In this document: positions 1-13,700 of the stretch, piece by piece | Layout: the number at the start of each line of letters is the position of its first letter | How positions within the stretch are numbered: position 1 is the stretch's first letter | NCBI RefSeq assembly: GCF_963921235.1 | Contig: NC_086097.1 | Span: 161,264,001 to 161,328,000, forward strand | Direction of reading: 5' to 3' | Source: Mobula hypostoma | Taxonomy: Eukaryota | DNA length: 64,000 nucleotides | Program-made: the position numbers and the translations under genes | Notes under the pieces: model-generated | What the model was told of the DNA's origin: nothing | The model's input: only the letters and a program-made list of their open reading frames with translations | The model's database searches: none

Positions 1-2085
1 GATATGACTGGCGTGTCCCTCTCATTGTTGAAAATGACTGCCCTGTTTGCCTTTCTGCCAGCTGGTCTCTTTTTACACCTCTCCCGCAGCAGTGTGCCAG
101 CAGGACCTTGGTGTGGCGCCACCTATGTCATCCTGTGTTAAAGCTGTTTTGCATCCTGACAGCATGTGTGCCAATGAACCCCACTGACCACAAAGCTTGC
201 AATTAGGGTCCTCTGTCAGCCCCCCATGTGTGCAGCTGTGATGGTGTAGGGAGAGTGTCATATAGACTGCAGGAAGAAAGAAATACGGAAGGGCTCCAGT
301 CGCCAAAGCTCTGCCCAAGTGACCTTTCACTTGGGAAGACCCCATTTCATCCAGGCACCCTGTGACCACAACTCTACTGCCTTTGATAACCACCTTTCAC
401 CCTCGTGGTTCCATACCTCTGCCCAGACCACGACATGCCTAACCTTTGCACTTGCACTCCCCCATCATTAGAAGTGTGCAGAGGCGAGGCCTTGCCATCC
501 CAGGCATGGGTTGCCGATAATTGCAGGGAGCTCATTGCCTGTTCTTTGGCCAAGTTGATGGCCCACTTTCAGCCCTATCTTGTTGTGACTCCTGCTTGGT
601 TTATTAGCTTGTCATCAGAGCCCCTCACCGTTAACACGTCTACATTTTGCCACCTTGAACTCCTCCACTGCCGATGACAATGGGAGCTGTAGCTGGCCTG
701 ATCTTATGTGAAGCTCCTCTGAAGCAAAACTTGCAAGGATCCCTAGCCATGTCCATAGGTGCTTATTGACCTTCCTCTTGGTGACTCCTACAGTGGTTAT
801 GGGGAACTTGTACACATGAAAAGCCAGAGCAGCCTTGGTAGAAGACCATGTTGGTACAGCTATGTCATAAATTTCCCAGGTAGTCCAGTTTTGTTGATCT
901 TCTTCAGCCACTCTTCAGTCTGCTTTAGAGTGTCAGTAATGTTGGCACTGTCCATCGCTGCGACGTGAAACCACTTTCCAAGACACTTTACTGGGTTGTC
1001 CTCTATGGATGGAATGACCTCCCTGTACTTGAAGACTGAACTTGCTAGTAATCTTGCCCTTTTGATCACCATGCATATGGACTTACTGGCCTTGAAGGTC
1101 ATCCTAGACCAGGTAGCTACATTGTCCAGGGTTTCTAATACCCCATCTTACTTGGACATGGGTTACAGTGGTTGCTGTGATGTCATTCATGAACTCTGGT
1201 ATTGCTGGTTGTCAGGTGCCGGGCTCCAACATGGGGCCTCCGGTTACGTCAGCTGCTGCTGATATGAGGAGGTTCATACCCGTAACAAACAAGATGGGAG
1301 AGATGGTACAACAGGTTGGAATCCCCTTTTGGAGATCCTGCCATTTGGTTATAAAACCGGCTAAAGCGAACCATAGCTTAAATCCTGCTAGGTAGCTGGT
1401 GACCATGTCTCGTATTACTGACGGGACATGGTCATGGATGAGGATGAGTGGAACTGATACGTAGCCATTGGCTAGGTCTATCCAGATGACTGTTAGGTCG
1501 TCTTTCTTCTGCCTGGCCTCACGGATCAACTGGCTGATTATTAAGGTGTGTTCAAGGCACCCTGAAAAGCCTGGGATGCTACCTTACTGGATGGATGTGT
1601 TGATGTAGTGGTTCTCCATTAAGTAAGAGGTCAGCCTTCTCGCAAGCACCGAGAAGAACATCCTGCACTCCACACTAAGGAGGGAGATTGTCCTAAACTG
1701 GGTGATTGTGGAGGAATCTTCTTCCTTGGGAACAAAGCATCCTTCAGCCATTTTCCAGTTTGGTGGGATAGAGCCTTTGGTCCAACTTTTCCTCACTACC
1801 TTCCACAACCTCCGGAGGAGTTTTGGGTATTTCTGATATACCTTCTTGGGTATACCACTTGATCCTGGGGCAGCAGATGACTTCGCCCTCTTGATGATAT
1901 CCTGGACCTCCTGCCACATGGGCTCCTCCACATTCAGCTCAGTTGCTAGGATTCTTGGTTGGGGGACTTTTGGACTGAATTCTAGTCCCTGATTCCTGTG
2001 GGGATCACTGTAATTTTCCCACAGACATTCTTCCACCTCCTGCTTGGAGCTGGTTAGGGTGCCAGATTTTTGCTGCCTCAAGTAT
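1..2085 (-). mobile_element. Hero/NeSL-type (R2-like, restriction-like endonuclease clade) non-LTR retrotransposon, degenerate, 5'-truncated, runs off the window start
   Basis: Collinear minus-strand ORF pieces: RT N-terminal part (AEGCFVPKEEDSSTITQFRTISLLSVE, 1584-2081), RT motifs WIDLANGY and GIPTCCTISPILF (1212-1529), VKCLGKWF (860-1102), and CCHC finger CKLCGQWGSLAHMLSGC (73-393). Many frameshifts and stops. Confidence 0.8.
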
Positions 2086-2800
2086 TACTGAAATATTAAC
2101 ACTGAGACTCATCTCCCATTATTGCTAGCAAGCTTGACAGAGAGGTTTGGTGGGATCATTCCATTGACATTTGAACTAAATTCATCATGTACTTAGCACA
2201 TCCAGAATGGGTAAATATCAGTTCCATTTCTTTATATATGAAGAAGATACACAACGTCTGCTCTGAGGACAAATCTTTCATTTCTTTCTTAAAATGCATT
2301 CACACTAGTTCCATTCCATTTATGTTATAATACAGCTTAACAACTGCCTCCTTTTATGTGGTGAACAGCTACAGCTTAACTCATCTGTCAGCTTCCTCTG
2401 ACTCTTATAATATACAATCTTCTACCTGCAGATAGGTATAAAGGTTGTAAAATATAGGTGGTTGATAGCACCAGATGACCATGCCAGTGGTGATCTCATG
2501 TAGTGCTGGCTGAAGGATGATCTTCACATTTGATGGTCCTTTAAGAATATCTCACACCATTTGTTGGTTCAATATAGGGAGTGCTTAAACTATTCCCAGT
2601 GGAAGAAGCAAACTTGTACTGTCCCACACAGGTACCAAATATGACTTCAGTCTGTGCAAAGCTGATGATCCAGCCAAGGTGCTGTAGTGGTGTTGCTGTT
2701 GCAACTAGGCTCATTTACCATTGAGAGAGGGATACATCAGTTCAGTCCCAAATGACTTCCACTCACTGAAATGAATCACTAGGCCAAGTGTCAATTAATC

Positions 2801-4185
2801 AGAATTAGAATCAGGTTTATTATCACTGGCATGTGACGTGAAATTTGTTAACTTAGCAGCAGCAGTTCAATGCAATATATAATCTAGCAGAGAGAGAAAT
2901 TAATAATAATAATAATAAATAAAATAAAACAATAATAAATAAACAAGTAAATCAATCGTGTATATTGAATAGCTTATTAAAAACTGGGCAAAAATAGAAA
3001 TACTGTATATTAAAAAAGTGAGGTAGTGTCCAAAGCTTCAAAGTCCATTTAGAAATTGGATGGCAGAGGGGAAGAAGTTGTTCCTGAATCGCTGAGTGTG
3101 TACCTTCAGGCTTCTGTATCTCCTACTGATGGTAACAGTGAGAAAAATGCATGTGCTGGTGCAGGAGGTCTTTATTATGGACGCTGCCTTTCTGAGACAC
3201 CGCTTCCTAAAGATGTTCTGGGTACTCTGTAGGCTAGTGCCCAAGATGGAGCTGACTAGATTTATGATCTTCTGCAGCTTCTTTCAGTCCTGTGCAGTAG
3301 CCCCTCCATACCAGACAGTGATGCAGCCTGTCAAAATGCTCTCCATGGTACAACTATAGAAATTTTTGAGCGTATTTGTCATCATGCCAAATCGCTTCAA
3401 ACTCCTAATAAAGTATAGCTGCTGTCTTGCCTTTTTTATGACTACATCAATATGTTGGGACCAGGTTAGATCCTCAGATCTTGAAACCCAGGAACTTGAA
3501 GCTGCTCACTCTCTCCACTTCTGATCCCTCTATGAGGATTGGTATGTGCTCCTTCGTCTTACCCTTCCTGAAGTCCACAATCAGCTCTTTCGTCTTACTG
3601 ACGTTGAGTGCCAGGTTGTTGCTGCGACACCATTCCACTAGTTGGCATATCTCACTCCTGTATGCCCTCTCACCACCACCTAAGATTCTACCAACAATGG
3701 TTGTATCGTCAGCAAATTTGTAGATGGTATTTGAGCTATGCCTAGCCACACAGTCATGGGTATATAAAGAGTAGAGGACACACCCCTGAGGTGCGCCATC
3801 ATTAACTGTCAGCGAAGAGGATATGTTATCACCGATACACACAGACTGTGGTCTTCCAGTTAGGAAGCCAAGGATCCAATTGCAGAGGGAGGTACAGAGG
3901 CCCAGGTTCTGCAACTTCTCAATCAGAATTGTGGGAATGATGGTATTAAATGCTGAGTTATAGTCAATGAATAGCATCCTGACATTGGTGTTTGTGTTGT
4001 CTAGGTGGTCTAAAGCCATGTGAAGAGCCATGGAGATTGCGTCTGCCGTTGACCTATCATGACAATAGGCAAATTGCAATGGGTCCAGGTCCTTGCTGAG
4101 GTCTAGTCATAACCAACCTCTCAAAGCATTTCATCACTGTCGATGTGAGTGCTACTGGGCAATAGTCGTTAAGGCAGCCCACATT
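2801..4185 (-). mobile_element. Rex1/Babar LINE, 3' portion (RT pseudogene plus 3' UTR and tail)
   Basis: ORF 3474-4079 has [51 protein letters not shown]-terminal RFRNNFFPSAI (3038-3244). Minus-strand end AATAAACCTGATTCTAATTCTGA near 2800. Confidence 0.85.
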
Positions 4186-6123
4186 ATACAGCCGAGGGTG
4201 CCTAGGCGCAACTCAAGTAGCAGTAGTACTCTCAATTAAGTCATTATCTTTGTCATTTGTGCCCATAGGATTTGAATAAAATTCGAGATTGCTAGATAAC
4301 CAACAAAAAAACTTAACCCAGTAGCCATCTGACACTGCAGGAAAATGATTGGGGAAACAAAACAAACTGATTGAGTGGGAAAGAAGAAAGAAGAAACAAA
4401 TTACGTTTGCAACATTAAAGCTGCAACCCACTGATCACAAGATAAAGTCTTCCTGTGGCAGATTATTCTCTTTCTTACTGGATGTGGTTGGACTCATGTG
4501 GTCAGCATTTATTGCCCAATCTTGACTTCCCTTAAGAAAATAATACGGCCACCTTTTTTGAACAATTTCTGTCCTAGAGAAGGTATTCCCTCAAAGCTAT
4601 TGAGGAGGCACTCCAGAATATGGACACAGTATTGATGAAGGACATTTCCAAACGTAGTGCAAAAATAAGGAGAACTTACAAATGGTCATGTTCATGTTTA
4701 TCTGTTGCCCTAGTCCTTCGTGATGGTGGATGTTGTGGTTTTGGATGTATATTGAGGAAGTACAGGCAAGCAACTGCAGTGTATTTTGTATGCTGTGCAC
4801 TATGCAACCCGCTGTGGCAGAGGAAAGAATGCTTTGGATGTTTGGTGGAGAACCTGATAATGATTTATGCTGCAATGGTTAGGACACCAAGTCTGCCTGA
4901 ACATCCTCCTCAAAGCTACATCACAAGACTTGCCATTCCCACCCTTCACAAAACCTCCCCCATCAAATAGTCCCTGCCCAAGCCTGAATTATTATATTTT
5001 TACAACATAAGTAAAAATAGTAAAATAAAGTTGTACAGCTACTAATTGTTTTAAATGCTCATGTTAATTTTCTCTTGGGGTTTACTTGCTGAAGTGTTCT
5101 GGAAGTTATTCATTTGAAGCCTCCAGTTGTCCTCAGTTGTCACAATATTGGCAGCTGCCACGAAATTGCATTGGACCATCTGCCAGAGACCTTATGAAGG
5201 AGACCACTATAGTGGAGGCATGGTTTCTTCTTCTCTACAGGTTTCTAGATCTAGGCCTAGACTCACCTAGATCTCACTGCTCAAACTTGGGAAGAAACCA
5301 AATTGGCACAAAGCAGGAGCTTAATGTGTTCAGGAGGACCCTTTCACAAATGGCACTGCCCACAATGAACTCACCTCTCCAAGAAGCCAGTACACTCACA
5401 CACAGATGAGTTGACTAAAATAATTTAGTGCTATAATAACCCCAGAAGAGCAAAATACATTTTGAAATTCTGCTCTCATAGCCCCTCTACACTGCACTAG
5501 TGATCTGCCTGGGTTGCAATCCTTTGACTTTCCATCAGATGGCAGTGTTAGCGAAAGTGTAATTGCTCCTCGGCCTTAACATTTCAATGGTATTTATCAG
5601 AGGCTTTTCAATTTGGAATGTATGTGCATGTTACCATTCACACATTGATTAAAGTGCCCATAAAACTGACGAAGGGTATTTTGATAGGACTGTCACACCC
5701 ACTCATCAATCTATCTGTTCTGATGTCTACTGTTATCTTGAAATGAAAATGAGACTTTGATCATAAAGCTGCCAGTGTACAACATTTCAAGTGACTGCAG
5801 GCACAGCCCTCAGCATTGGATTTCCATGCTGAAACTGGGTCAGTATTAGACCATGAGGGTCATAATTGATCAGAATCTCAGCTGGATCAACCACACAAAT
5901 ACAGTGGTTACAAGAGCAGTTCAGAGACTGAGTATCCTGCTGTTAGTGACTCACTTCATACCACCTCAAAACCTCACTGCCATTGACAAGGTGGGAGTGA
6001 ACATTGTGATGGAACATTCTCCATTTGTCTGGAACAGTGAAGAGTGCAGTTCCAACAAGTACCCTGGACAAAATCCAGGGCAAAACAATCTAATCAATGT
6101 CATTCTATCCAGCACCCTAAATG

Positions 6124-6420
6124 TGTCAGGAAATGTAGAGGAGGCTTGACCTAAACACAGAGCAGCAGTGATGAGCAATAACTTTAATACTAAACTGCAA
6201 AATAACAAGCCATGAGGGGCCACAAAACAAGAGAGAACAGGCAATAAGTAACTGAAGGCTAGGAGCAACTGGTTGAGTCTGGCTGATTCGATGAGTGAAC
6301 AAGGACTGTGAATAAGAGCTGGGTTTAAATAGGCTGCAGGTGGTGAGTTGGGAATGAGTGGCAGGTAACTCCTGTTAGCCAGGTTGAGACCAGGAGGTGC
6401 CTGCCTGTTCAGGTGTGACA
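6124..6420 (-). mobile_element. Solo LTR (297 bp)
   Basis: TGTCA...TGACA termini. Perfect 5-bp TSD AAATG (6119-6123 / 6421-6425). TATA-like TATTTAAA and ATTAAA on the minus strand. Confidence 0.7.
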
Positions 6421-6496
6421 AAATGTTTATTCTTTCAATCAGCAGAGCACATTGGCTACATAATGTACCATCTCAAAATTCACTATTTACCTAGGC

Positions 6497-6576
6497 CGGG
6501 GGTTCCCAACCATTTTTATGCCATGGGTCTGTACCATTAACCAAGAGGTCTGTTGACCCCAGGTTAGGAACCCCTG
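6497..6576. mobile_element. 80-bp hAT (Charlie-like) MITE
   Basis: TIRs CGGGGGTTCCCAACC / GGTTAGGAACCCCTG. 8-bp TSD ACCTAGGC (6489-6496) / ATCTAGGC (6577-6584), resembling the hAT-Charlie NTCTAGAN target. Confidence 0.8.
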
Positions 6577-7074
6577 ATCTAGGCCAAAGTACCCTTCAGA
6601 TCTGTGACTTCTACCACCAGGAAGGTATAGGGGGACTAGCACAGGTAGACACACTCCAGGTCCACAGTGTCCCATCATTCCTTCATTATTGCTGAGCTTA
6701 AAACTTGTTCACCACTCCCCACAAGCTTCAGTGTGTATCACCATACATTGCACCACACTGCACTCCACTGCTCAACGGTTACTCCCCTAGATTACTCCAG
6801 CAATATCTCCCAAACCCATATCTCCACCAACAAGAAGAGTGGCAGGTACATACGCACAAATATGACTATCTACTGACATCCCTGTAGTTGCACACCTTTC
6901 TCATTTGGAAATATAATATCATCCCTTCATAATCACTGAGTCTAAGTCCTGTAAACTCATCCTCATAAATATTGCGAATGTATCTTCACTAGAACGACTG
7001 CAGGAGTTCAAGAAATTGCTACTACCATTTACTCAAGGACATTTAGGAATAGGCAATAAATATTGTCAGAGACT

Positions 7075-7400
7075 TACTGAAATGGGCCATATGGTTCATC
7101 ATATCAATACCAATAATTTTGCTGATTGACATTAATCCCATTTGTCCATAGTTGGTCCATTCCTTCTATGCCTTGCCAATTTAACTGGCTAAGTATCTCT
7201 TAAAAATAATGGTTAAATGTGACTCCCCTACTTCTCCTAGCAGTGAGTTCCAGATATCATCCACTCTCTGTATAAAAAAAAACTTTATGTTCACATCTAC
7301 TTTAAAACTCCCTCCTCTCCTCTTAAACCTATGTCTTCTTGCTTTTGAATTGCCTACCATGAGAATAAGCTTCTATCTATCCTAACTATGTCTCTGATAC
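7075..7400 (-). mobile_element. Old CR1 LINE 3' fragment
   Basis: Reverse complement resembles the CR1 3' ends elsewhere in the window (CAGAGAGTGG..ATCTGGAACTCACTGC). Confidence 0.5.
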
Positions 7401-8600
7401 AGAACAAGGTCTCCTATGATGCTCCTTGTACTAAAGTAGATGCAGCTGAACCTGCCATCCTTCCCATGCTCCCTAACCTGCCTCTTTGTGCTCTGAAATG
7501 GACTTGCATGAGTTATTGTTTACATTTTTCACTCCGATGCAATTGCCTCCTACCTCCCTGCCAAATTAGTTTAAACGCTGCTGAGTGACATAAGCAAACT
7601 TCCCTGCAAAGATATTGGTCCCCCCCCCCACCCCCACCAGTTCTTCTTGTACAAGTCAAACCTACACCAGGAGCAATCCCGGTTATTCACAGGAGGGACA
7701 AGGCAAAATGGGAACAGCTCAGGAAGGCAGATTAGTCGGCATGCACAAGTTAGGCCAAAGGGCCTGCTTTCTTGCTTTATATCTCTATGACTATGGGTAC
7801 CTAAAGCACCCCCTACACACTTCCTGCACCAGGTTTTCAACCAGACATTCCTCTACCCTGACTTCCAGTTTCTCACCCTCACAAATTATTCCAAATGACG
7901 CCCAGGTCCTGAAAAATGACTGATTTAAAAAGAGCAAAGGAACAGACCACTCAGACATGCTATATGATAATTAAGCAGGAGGCGAAGTAATGTGGACGCT
8001 GTGGCCAGCTTGCACAGTCATTAGCTCCATTGCTCAATCCGTGCTGTCTCCTTTGGGTAACTCGATGTAATCATTCACTTGCATCTTTTACTGTTAGTTT
8101 ATTATTGTCACAGAGGCACAATAAAAAGCTTGTCTTGCATTCTGTTCATACATAGCACACTGAGTGAGTAGGTAAAACAATAACAGATGCAGAATAAAGT
8201 GTAACAGTTATAGAGAATGTGCAGTGGGGATAAACAATAATGTGCAAGGTCATAACAAGGTAGATGGTGAGGTCAAGAGTCCACCTTATCAACCAGGAAA
8301 CTATTCAATTTTGCCTTCACAGATGCTGCCTGACCTGCTGAGTCAGCCCAGCATTCTGTTTCTGTTAGCCGATCCAGCTGAGTTTCCTCTGTGCCGCCCA
8401 CAACAGGCAAAGCTGTAACTCTTCACCTACCCGCTCCCTATTAAACTGAACTGAGTCTGAGGCCAGATCAGTCATGATCTAATTGAACGGTGAAGCAGGC
8501 GTGACAGCCCAGATGGCCGACTCCTGCTCCCACTTCTTCTTTTCTGCTTATGTAACATTTGAGAGGAAACCTTCTCTTTGAAAGTTCCTGGTACACTCTT

Positions 8601-9181
8601 CCGAGAGGTAATGTTGCAGCTGTATAGGACCCTGGTCAGACCCCACTTGGAGTACTCTGCTCAGTTCTGGTCGCCTCACTGCAGGAAGTAATGTGGAAAC
8701 CATAGAAAGGGTGCAGAGGAGATTCACAAGGATGTTGCCTGGATTAGGGAGCATGCCTTATGAGAATAGGTTGAGTAAACTCAACCTTTTCCCCTTGGTG
8801 CGACAGAGGATGAGAGGTGATCTGATAGAGGTGTACAAGATGATGAGAGGTACTGATCGTGTGGATAGTCAAAGCCTTTTTCCCAGGGCTGAAATGGCCA
8901 TCATGAGAGGGCACAGTTTTAAGGTGCTTGGAAGTAGGTACAGAGGAGATGTCAGGGGTAAGTTTTTTATGCAGAGAGTGGTGAGTGCGTGGAATGGGCT
9001 GCCAGCGACGGTGGTGAAGGCAGATATGATAGGGTCTTTTAAGATTCTCCTGGATATGTACATGGAGGTTAGAAAAATAGAGGGCTATGGGTAACCCTAG
9101 GTAATTTCTAAAGTAAGGACATGTTTGGCACAGCATTGTGGGCCGAAGGGCCTGTATTGTGCTGTAGGTTTTCTATGTTTC
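8601..9181 (+). mobile_element. CR1 LINE 3' fragment
   Basis: ORF 8693-9094 ERVQRRFTRMLPGL..RGDLIEVYK..RGHSFK..FFMQRVVSAWNGLP. TTTCTATG-type tail. Near-identical to 18200-18783. Confidence 0.9.
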
Positions 9182-9416
9182 CATCTCCACTAACCAGGCC
9201 TCTTCCCATGGCAATGAAACCACAGGATATATAATACCTGCTCTTTTACTCTTAGTCTTTCTTTCATATTTCTTGTTCTCTTGGGATTCATAAGTTTTCT
9301 GACAACTATTTTAATACAAATAACTTTGAATCATTTTGACACTACAATGTTCACAGTTACTATTCGGTGGTTGCACCTGTTAAATAAACTCTGCCAAGTC
9401 TTCATTCTCCTTACAG

Positions 9417-9455
9417 TGAGCAGATATGAAAGACAGCAAGTACGTAAACCAAAAG
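9417..9455 (+). CDS. Candidate 39-nt host exon (phase 1-1, SRYERQQVRKPK)
   Basis: Acceptor TTCATTCTCCTTACAG, donor AAG/GTCAGT, one open frame, non-repeat context. Could be a chance pseudo-exon. Confidence 0.2.
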
Positions 9456-10733
9456 GTCAGTGAGCTACTAACGATAAAAGTGAAAACTGACCTCAGAATA
9501 TTTTATTTGTCTATTTTCTTATCCAATATGTCTGACACAAAATGGAGTTTTTAAAACTAATTTTCGTGAAGGAACACTGAGATCATTCTTCTGTTTTACT
9601 TGCCATATGTCAGCTTTGGTATTAACTTATTGCTGTCAGAAGGTACAAACTTTTTTCCACAGGCAGTATACGGGAACTTGATTAACTACTGAACAACTGA
9701 ATATGAAGAAGGAAAGGAATTATTTGCAATGCAGTCGGTTTGCACAAGAATGCAATAGCTCAGAGAGGTTTAGAAGCAGATTTAATGGTAACATCAAGAA
9801 AGGAATTTATGATGTGCACAAAATGTAAAAGAAACCAGTAGGAAGACACCAGATGGATGGATCTTTCAAAGAAGCAGCAACCAGGCAGTAGGAGGTGAAT
9901 GGTTATAGGTAGATGGCTTAGCAACCAAGTGATTAGTTAGTAACAAAGTGTTTTAACTATAACAATTGGATATTACTAGTTTAACCAAGGGACTAATTGA
10001 GCACCCTTGGTGAAAAAATGTTGTTGCCTACTTAATGCAGAGCCAAATGAGATGTCTGCTGTTAATCCATCTGCAAAGTGACATAACTGGCTCCACAGCA
10101 TCAAACATGATGGTATGATAAGCCTTCAAACAAAAGTTCCATTTTACTGCAAACAAATGTTTGGAGAAAGAACTTGTCATTACATATTTAGCAGATGAAT
10201 TGCATTGTGTCTGTCATGATCAAAACAAATATAAAGTTGCTTTCTAAGTTCCAGAGAGTAATGGCCCAACATTCCACTATGCAATGTGGGTCCAGTGCGA
10301 CCACTGTGGCTCCAAAGATTATGGAACCAAGTGCTATCCTGCCATTAAGTAAACATTGCTGTGCAGTGAGGAAGTAGTACTGCCCTGTCAGGGAATCCAT
10401 CTTATAAAGCAGGCAAGATGGCGACTATACTTCATTAGGAGTTTGAAGAGATTTGGTATGTCAACAAAAACACTCAAAAACTTCTATAGATGTACCATGG
10501 AGAGCATTCTGACAGTCTGCATCACCGTCTGGTATGGAGGGTGGGAGGGACCTACTGCATAGGACTGAAAGAAGCTCCAGAAGGTTGTAAATCTAGTCAA
10601 TTCCATCTTGGGTACTAGCCTACAAAGTACCCAACACATCTTCAAAGAGCAGTGTCTCAGAGAGGCAGCTCCATTATTAAGGACTCCCAGAACCCAGAGC
10701 ATGCCCTTTTCCTCATTGATACCATCAGGTAAG

Positions 10734-13700
10734 GGTGTATGAGGTGTCAGGGAGGGGTAGCACCTCCAGTGGGGGAACATGTTGCATCCTCTTCAAGGCG
10801 GTTAGTCCACCTTTGGTCCCCACCTGGCGCTCAGCTCTCACCTGTGGCTCCTCGAAGCTGTTTGCATGTGACAGCGGCCACACCCCGGGCAACGGCTTCA
10901 ACAAGCCGGCTAAACCAGGTGAGGGTAGCCGATGGGTCTCAAACCCTTGGTGAGATAGGAAGATGTCTATCCCAGCATGCGAAGACAGACTCCGGCGGAT
11001 TAAGCGGACGAGACCAATGGAAGGTCTAACGGTCAAGACGGCAGTCTCTGCAAGTGTCATGGAATGCGTAGAGCACGACAAGACACAGAAGTCATCCTGG
11101 TCATCCTGGTCATCCACTGCGCCTAGTCCCATCTCCAGCCATCTCGACTCTTGTCTTGCCACTGGATCCAGATGGGAATTAGGAAGAGAGAGTGAGGCTG
11201 ACACTGCACAACTCTCCCTCACTTAAATCCAAATCAAGCGCTAGTCTCGACACCATCATCATCATCACCACCCTCAACCTTTGAAGTCCTGTGGCGATGG
11301 GCGAGCGACGAAGCAGCAGGTGTGGATACACTGGGAGCTGCAGTCACGGACCTGCACACTGGCGGCCCAGATCTAATAGTCACTTTTCACTGACCGAAGC
11401 AGCAGTGAAACTCAGCATCTACCTGGGCGACTGAACAGCCCTCTTTAGGAATGCACTGCTCACCTCCGTAGTATGAGGAAGGGGCTAGAAAAGGTGCCCT
11501 AAACTTTGCCTGCTTCATTACACCCTGGCCAGTTTACTGCGGCTGGTGGGGATCCTATCTTGGCGGTCAAACAAACACAACAAAACGCAAGGTGACACCG
11601 CTCACCATTGGCAGTTGGAACATGTGCACGCTATTGGACAACCCTACAGTAAACAGACCAGAGAGAAGAACAGCCTTACTTGCCAGAGAGCTTGCAAGAT
11701 ACAACACTGACGTAGCAGCCCTGAGTGAGACTCGTCTTGCCAACGTAGGTCAACTGACTGAAACTGGAGGTGGATACACCTTTTTCTGGAGCAGTCGCAG
11801 CGGCGATGAGCGTCGTGATGCTGGAGTTGGATTCGCCATCAGGAATCACCTTGTTCGGAAACTTGCCAGTCTCCCCAAGGGTGTGAATGACCGGCTCATG
11901 ACACTACAGCTTCTGCTACAGAACAGAAGTCAAGCCACCCTGATCAGCGCCTATGCCCCCACAATGACCAACCCGGACGAGACGAAAGACGGGTTCTATG
12001 AAGAACTAGATGCCCTACTATCAGCAGTGAGCAGCACCGACAAGCTAATCTTGCTCGGCGACTTCAATACAAGAGTAGGGCACGACTCTGCAGCCTGGCA
12101 GGGAGTCGTTGGGAGTTATGGAGTGGGCAAATGTAAGAGTAACGGCCTACTCTTACTGAAGACCTGTGTAGCACACGATCTCCTCAACACCAACACAACT
12201 TTCCGCCTGCCTACCCATAACAAGACCTCCCGAATGCACTCTAAGCATTGGCATCTTATCGACTATGTCATTGTCAGGAGAAAAGACAGGCAGGATGTCA
12301 GAGTGACAAAGGCGATATGTGGTGCTGAATGCTGGACAGATCACAGGCTCATTGTCTCCAAAATGAAGCTGCACATCAGACCCAAGAGGCTACCACAAGG
12401 AAGCAAGGCTATGAAAAGATTCAATGTGGCCAGGCTGAAGAACCCCAGCATTGCTTCAGCACTGGTTGAAGATTTAGAAACCAAGCTTGCTGACCTACAC
12501 CTTACAGGCAGCGCTGTGGACCACTGAGATCACTTCAGGGATGCTGTCCATTCATCTGCACTGAAGATGCTAGGGCTCTCTACCCACAAGCAGCATGACT
12601 GGTTCGGTGAGAATGATGAGGAGATACAGGCTCTGCTTGTTGAAAAGCACAGCCTTCATCGTGCCCATCAAAATGACTCGTCATCAGCTGCCAAGAAAAA
12701 TGCCTTTACCAGTGCTTGCGGGATAGTTCAGAATAAACTGCGTAAAATGCAAGAAGCCTGGCTGAGCGCCAAGGCAGATGAAATACAGGGACACGCTGAC
12801 AGAAGTGACTTGAAACGATTCTATGAAGCCCTCAACACTCTCTACAGACCTCAGTCTCTCGGGAGCTCCCCCCTCCTGAGTACAGATGGTACAACTCTCA
12901 TTACAGAGAAGACTCAGATCCTGCAGAGATGGGCTAAACCCTTTGAAGCCGTCCTCAACCGACCGTCATATATTAACGATGAGGTGATAGATAGGATTCC
13001 CCAGGTTGACATCAACAGCACCATGGATGACCCACCGGTAGTAGCCAAAGTCACGGAAGCTGTCAGCAGCTATCCAGTGACAAAACCCCAGGGGCAGACA
13101 CCGTACCTGCAGAGATCTACAAAGCCGGTGGTCCTGTACTTATAGACAAGCTCAGCAAGTTGTTCTAGTCTTTTTGGAAGCAAGGAACCATTCCCCCAGG
13201 AACTTAAAAGATGCATCCATCGTGCACCTCTACAAGAGGAAGGGCAATCGACAAGTATGAACCAACAACCGAGAAATCTCTCTGCTCTCCATTGCAGGAA
13301 AAACCCTTGCAAGAGTCCTGCTAAATCGTCTGGTCACTCATCTGGAGCTGCACCTGCTGCCAGAGTCACAGTGTGGCTTTTGCAAAGGTCGTGGGACTAT
13401 TGCCATGATTTTTGCCGCACGCCAAATTCAGGAGAAGTGTCAGGAGCAGAATCGTGAACTTTACACAACTTTTGTTGACTTCATGAAGGCCTTCAACACT
13501 GTCTGCCAACAAGGCCTGTAGAGGATCATGTCAAAGTTCGGCTGTCCCGCCAAATTCATTCAGATGGTACGCAGAGAATCCTCTGAGGCATTCCCAGTCA
13601 CCAATGATGTCAAACAGGGCTGTGTGCTCGCACCCACACTGTTCAGCATGATGTTTACTGCCATGCTGAATGATGCCTTCCAGGACAGTGATGCTGGAAT

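Larger units (their letters stand above)
5800..7065 (+). mobile_element. Old CR1/L2-group LINE 3' fragment, interrupted by a solo LTR and a hAT MITE
   Basis: ORF 5853-6149 VIIDQNLSWINHTNTVVTRAVQRL..VMEHSPFVW resembles a CR1-group RT C-terminus. 3' end CAAGGACATTTAGGAATAGGCAATAAA near 7035-7060. Boundaries approximate. Confidence 0.5.

Noticed and set aside
10356..10562. ALKBH8 N-terminal-like peptide
   Set aside because: A common mis-annotation of the Rex1/Babar ORF C-terminus.
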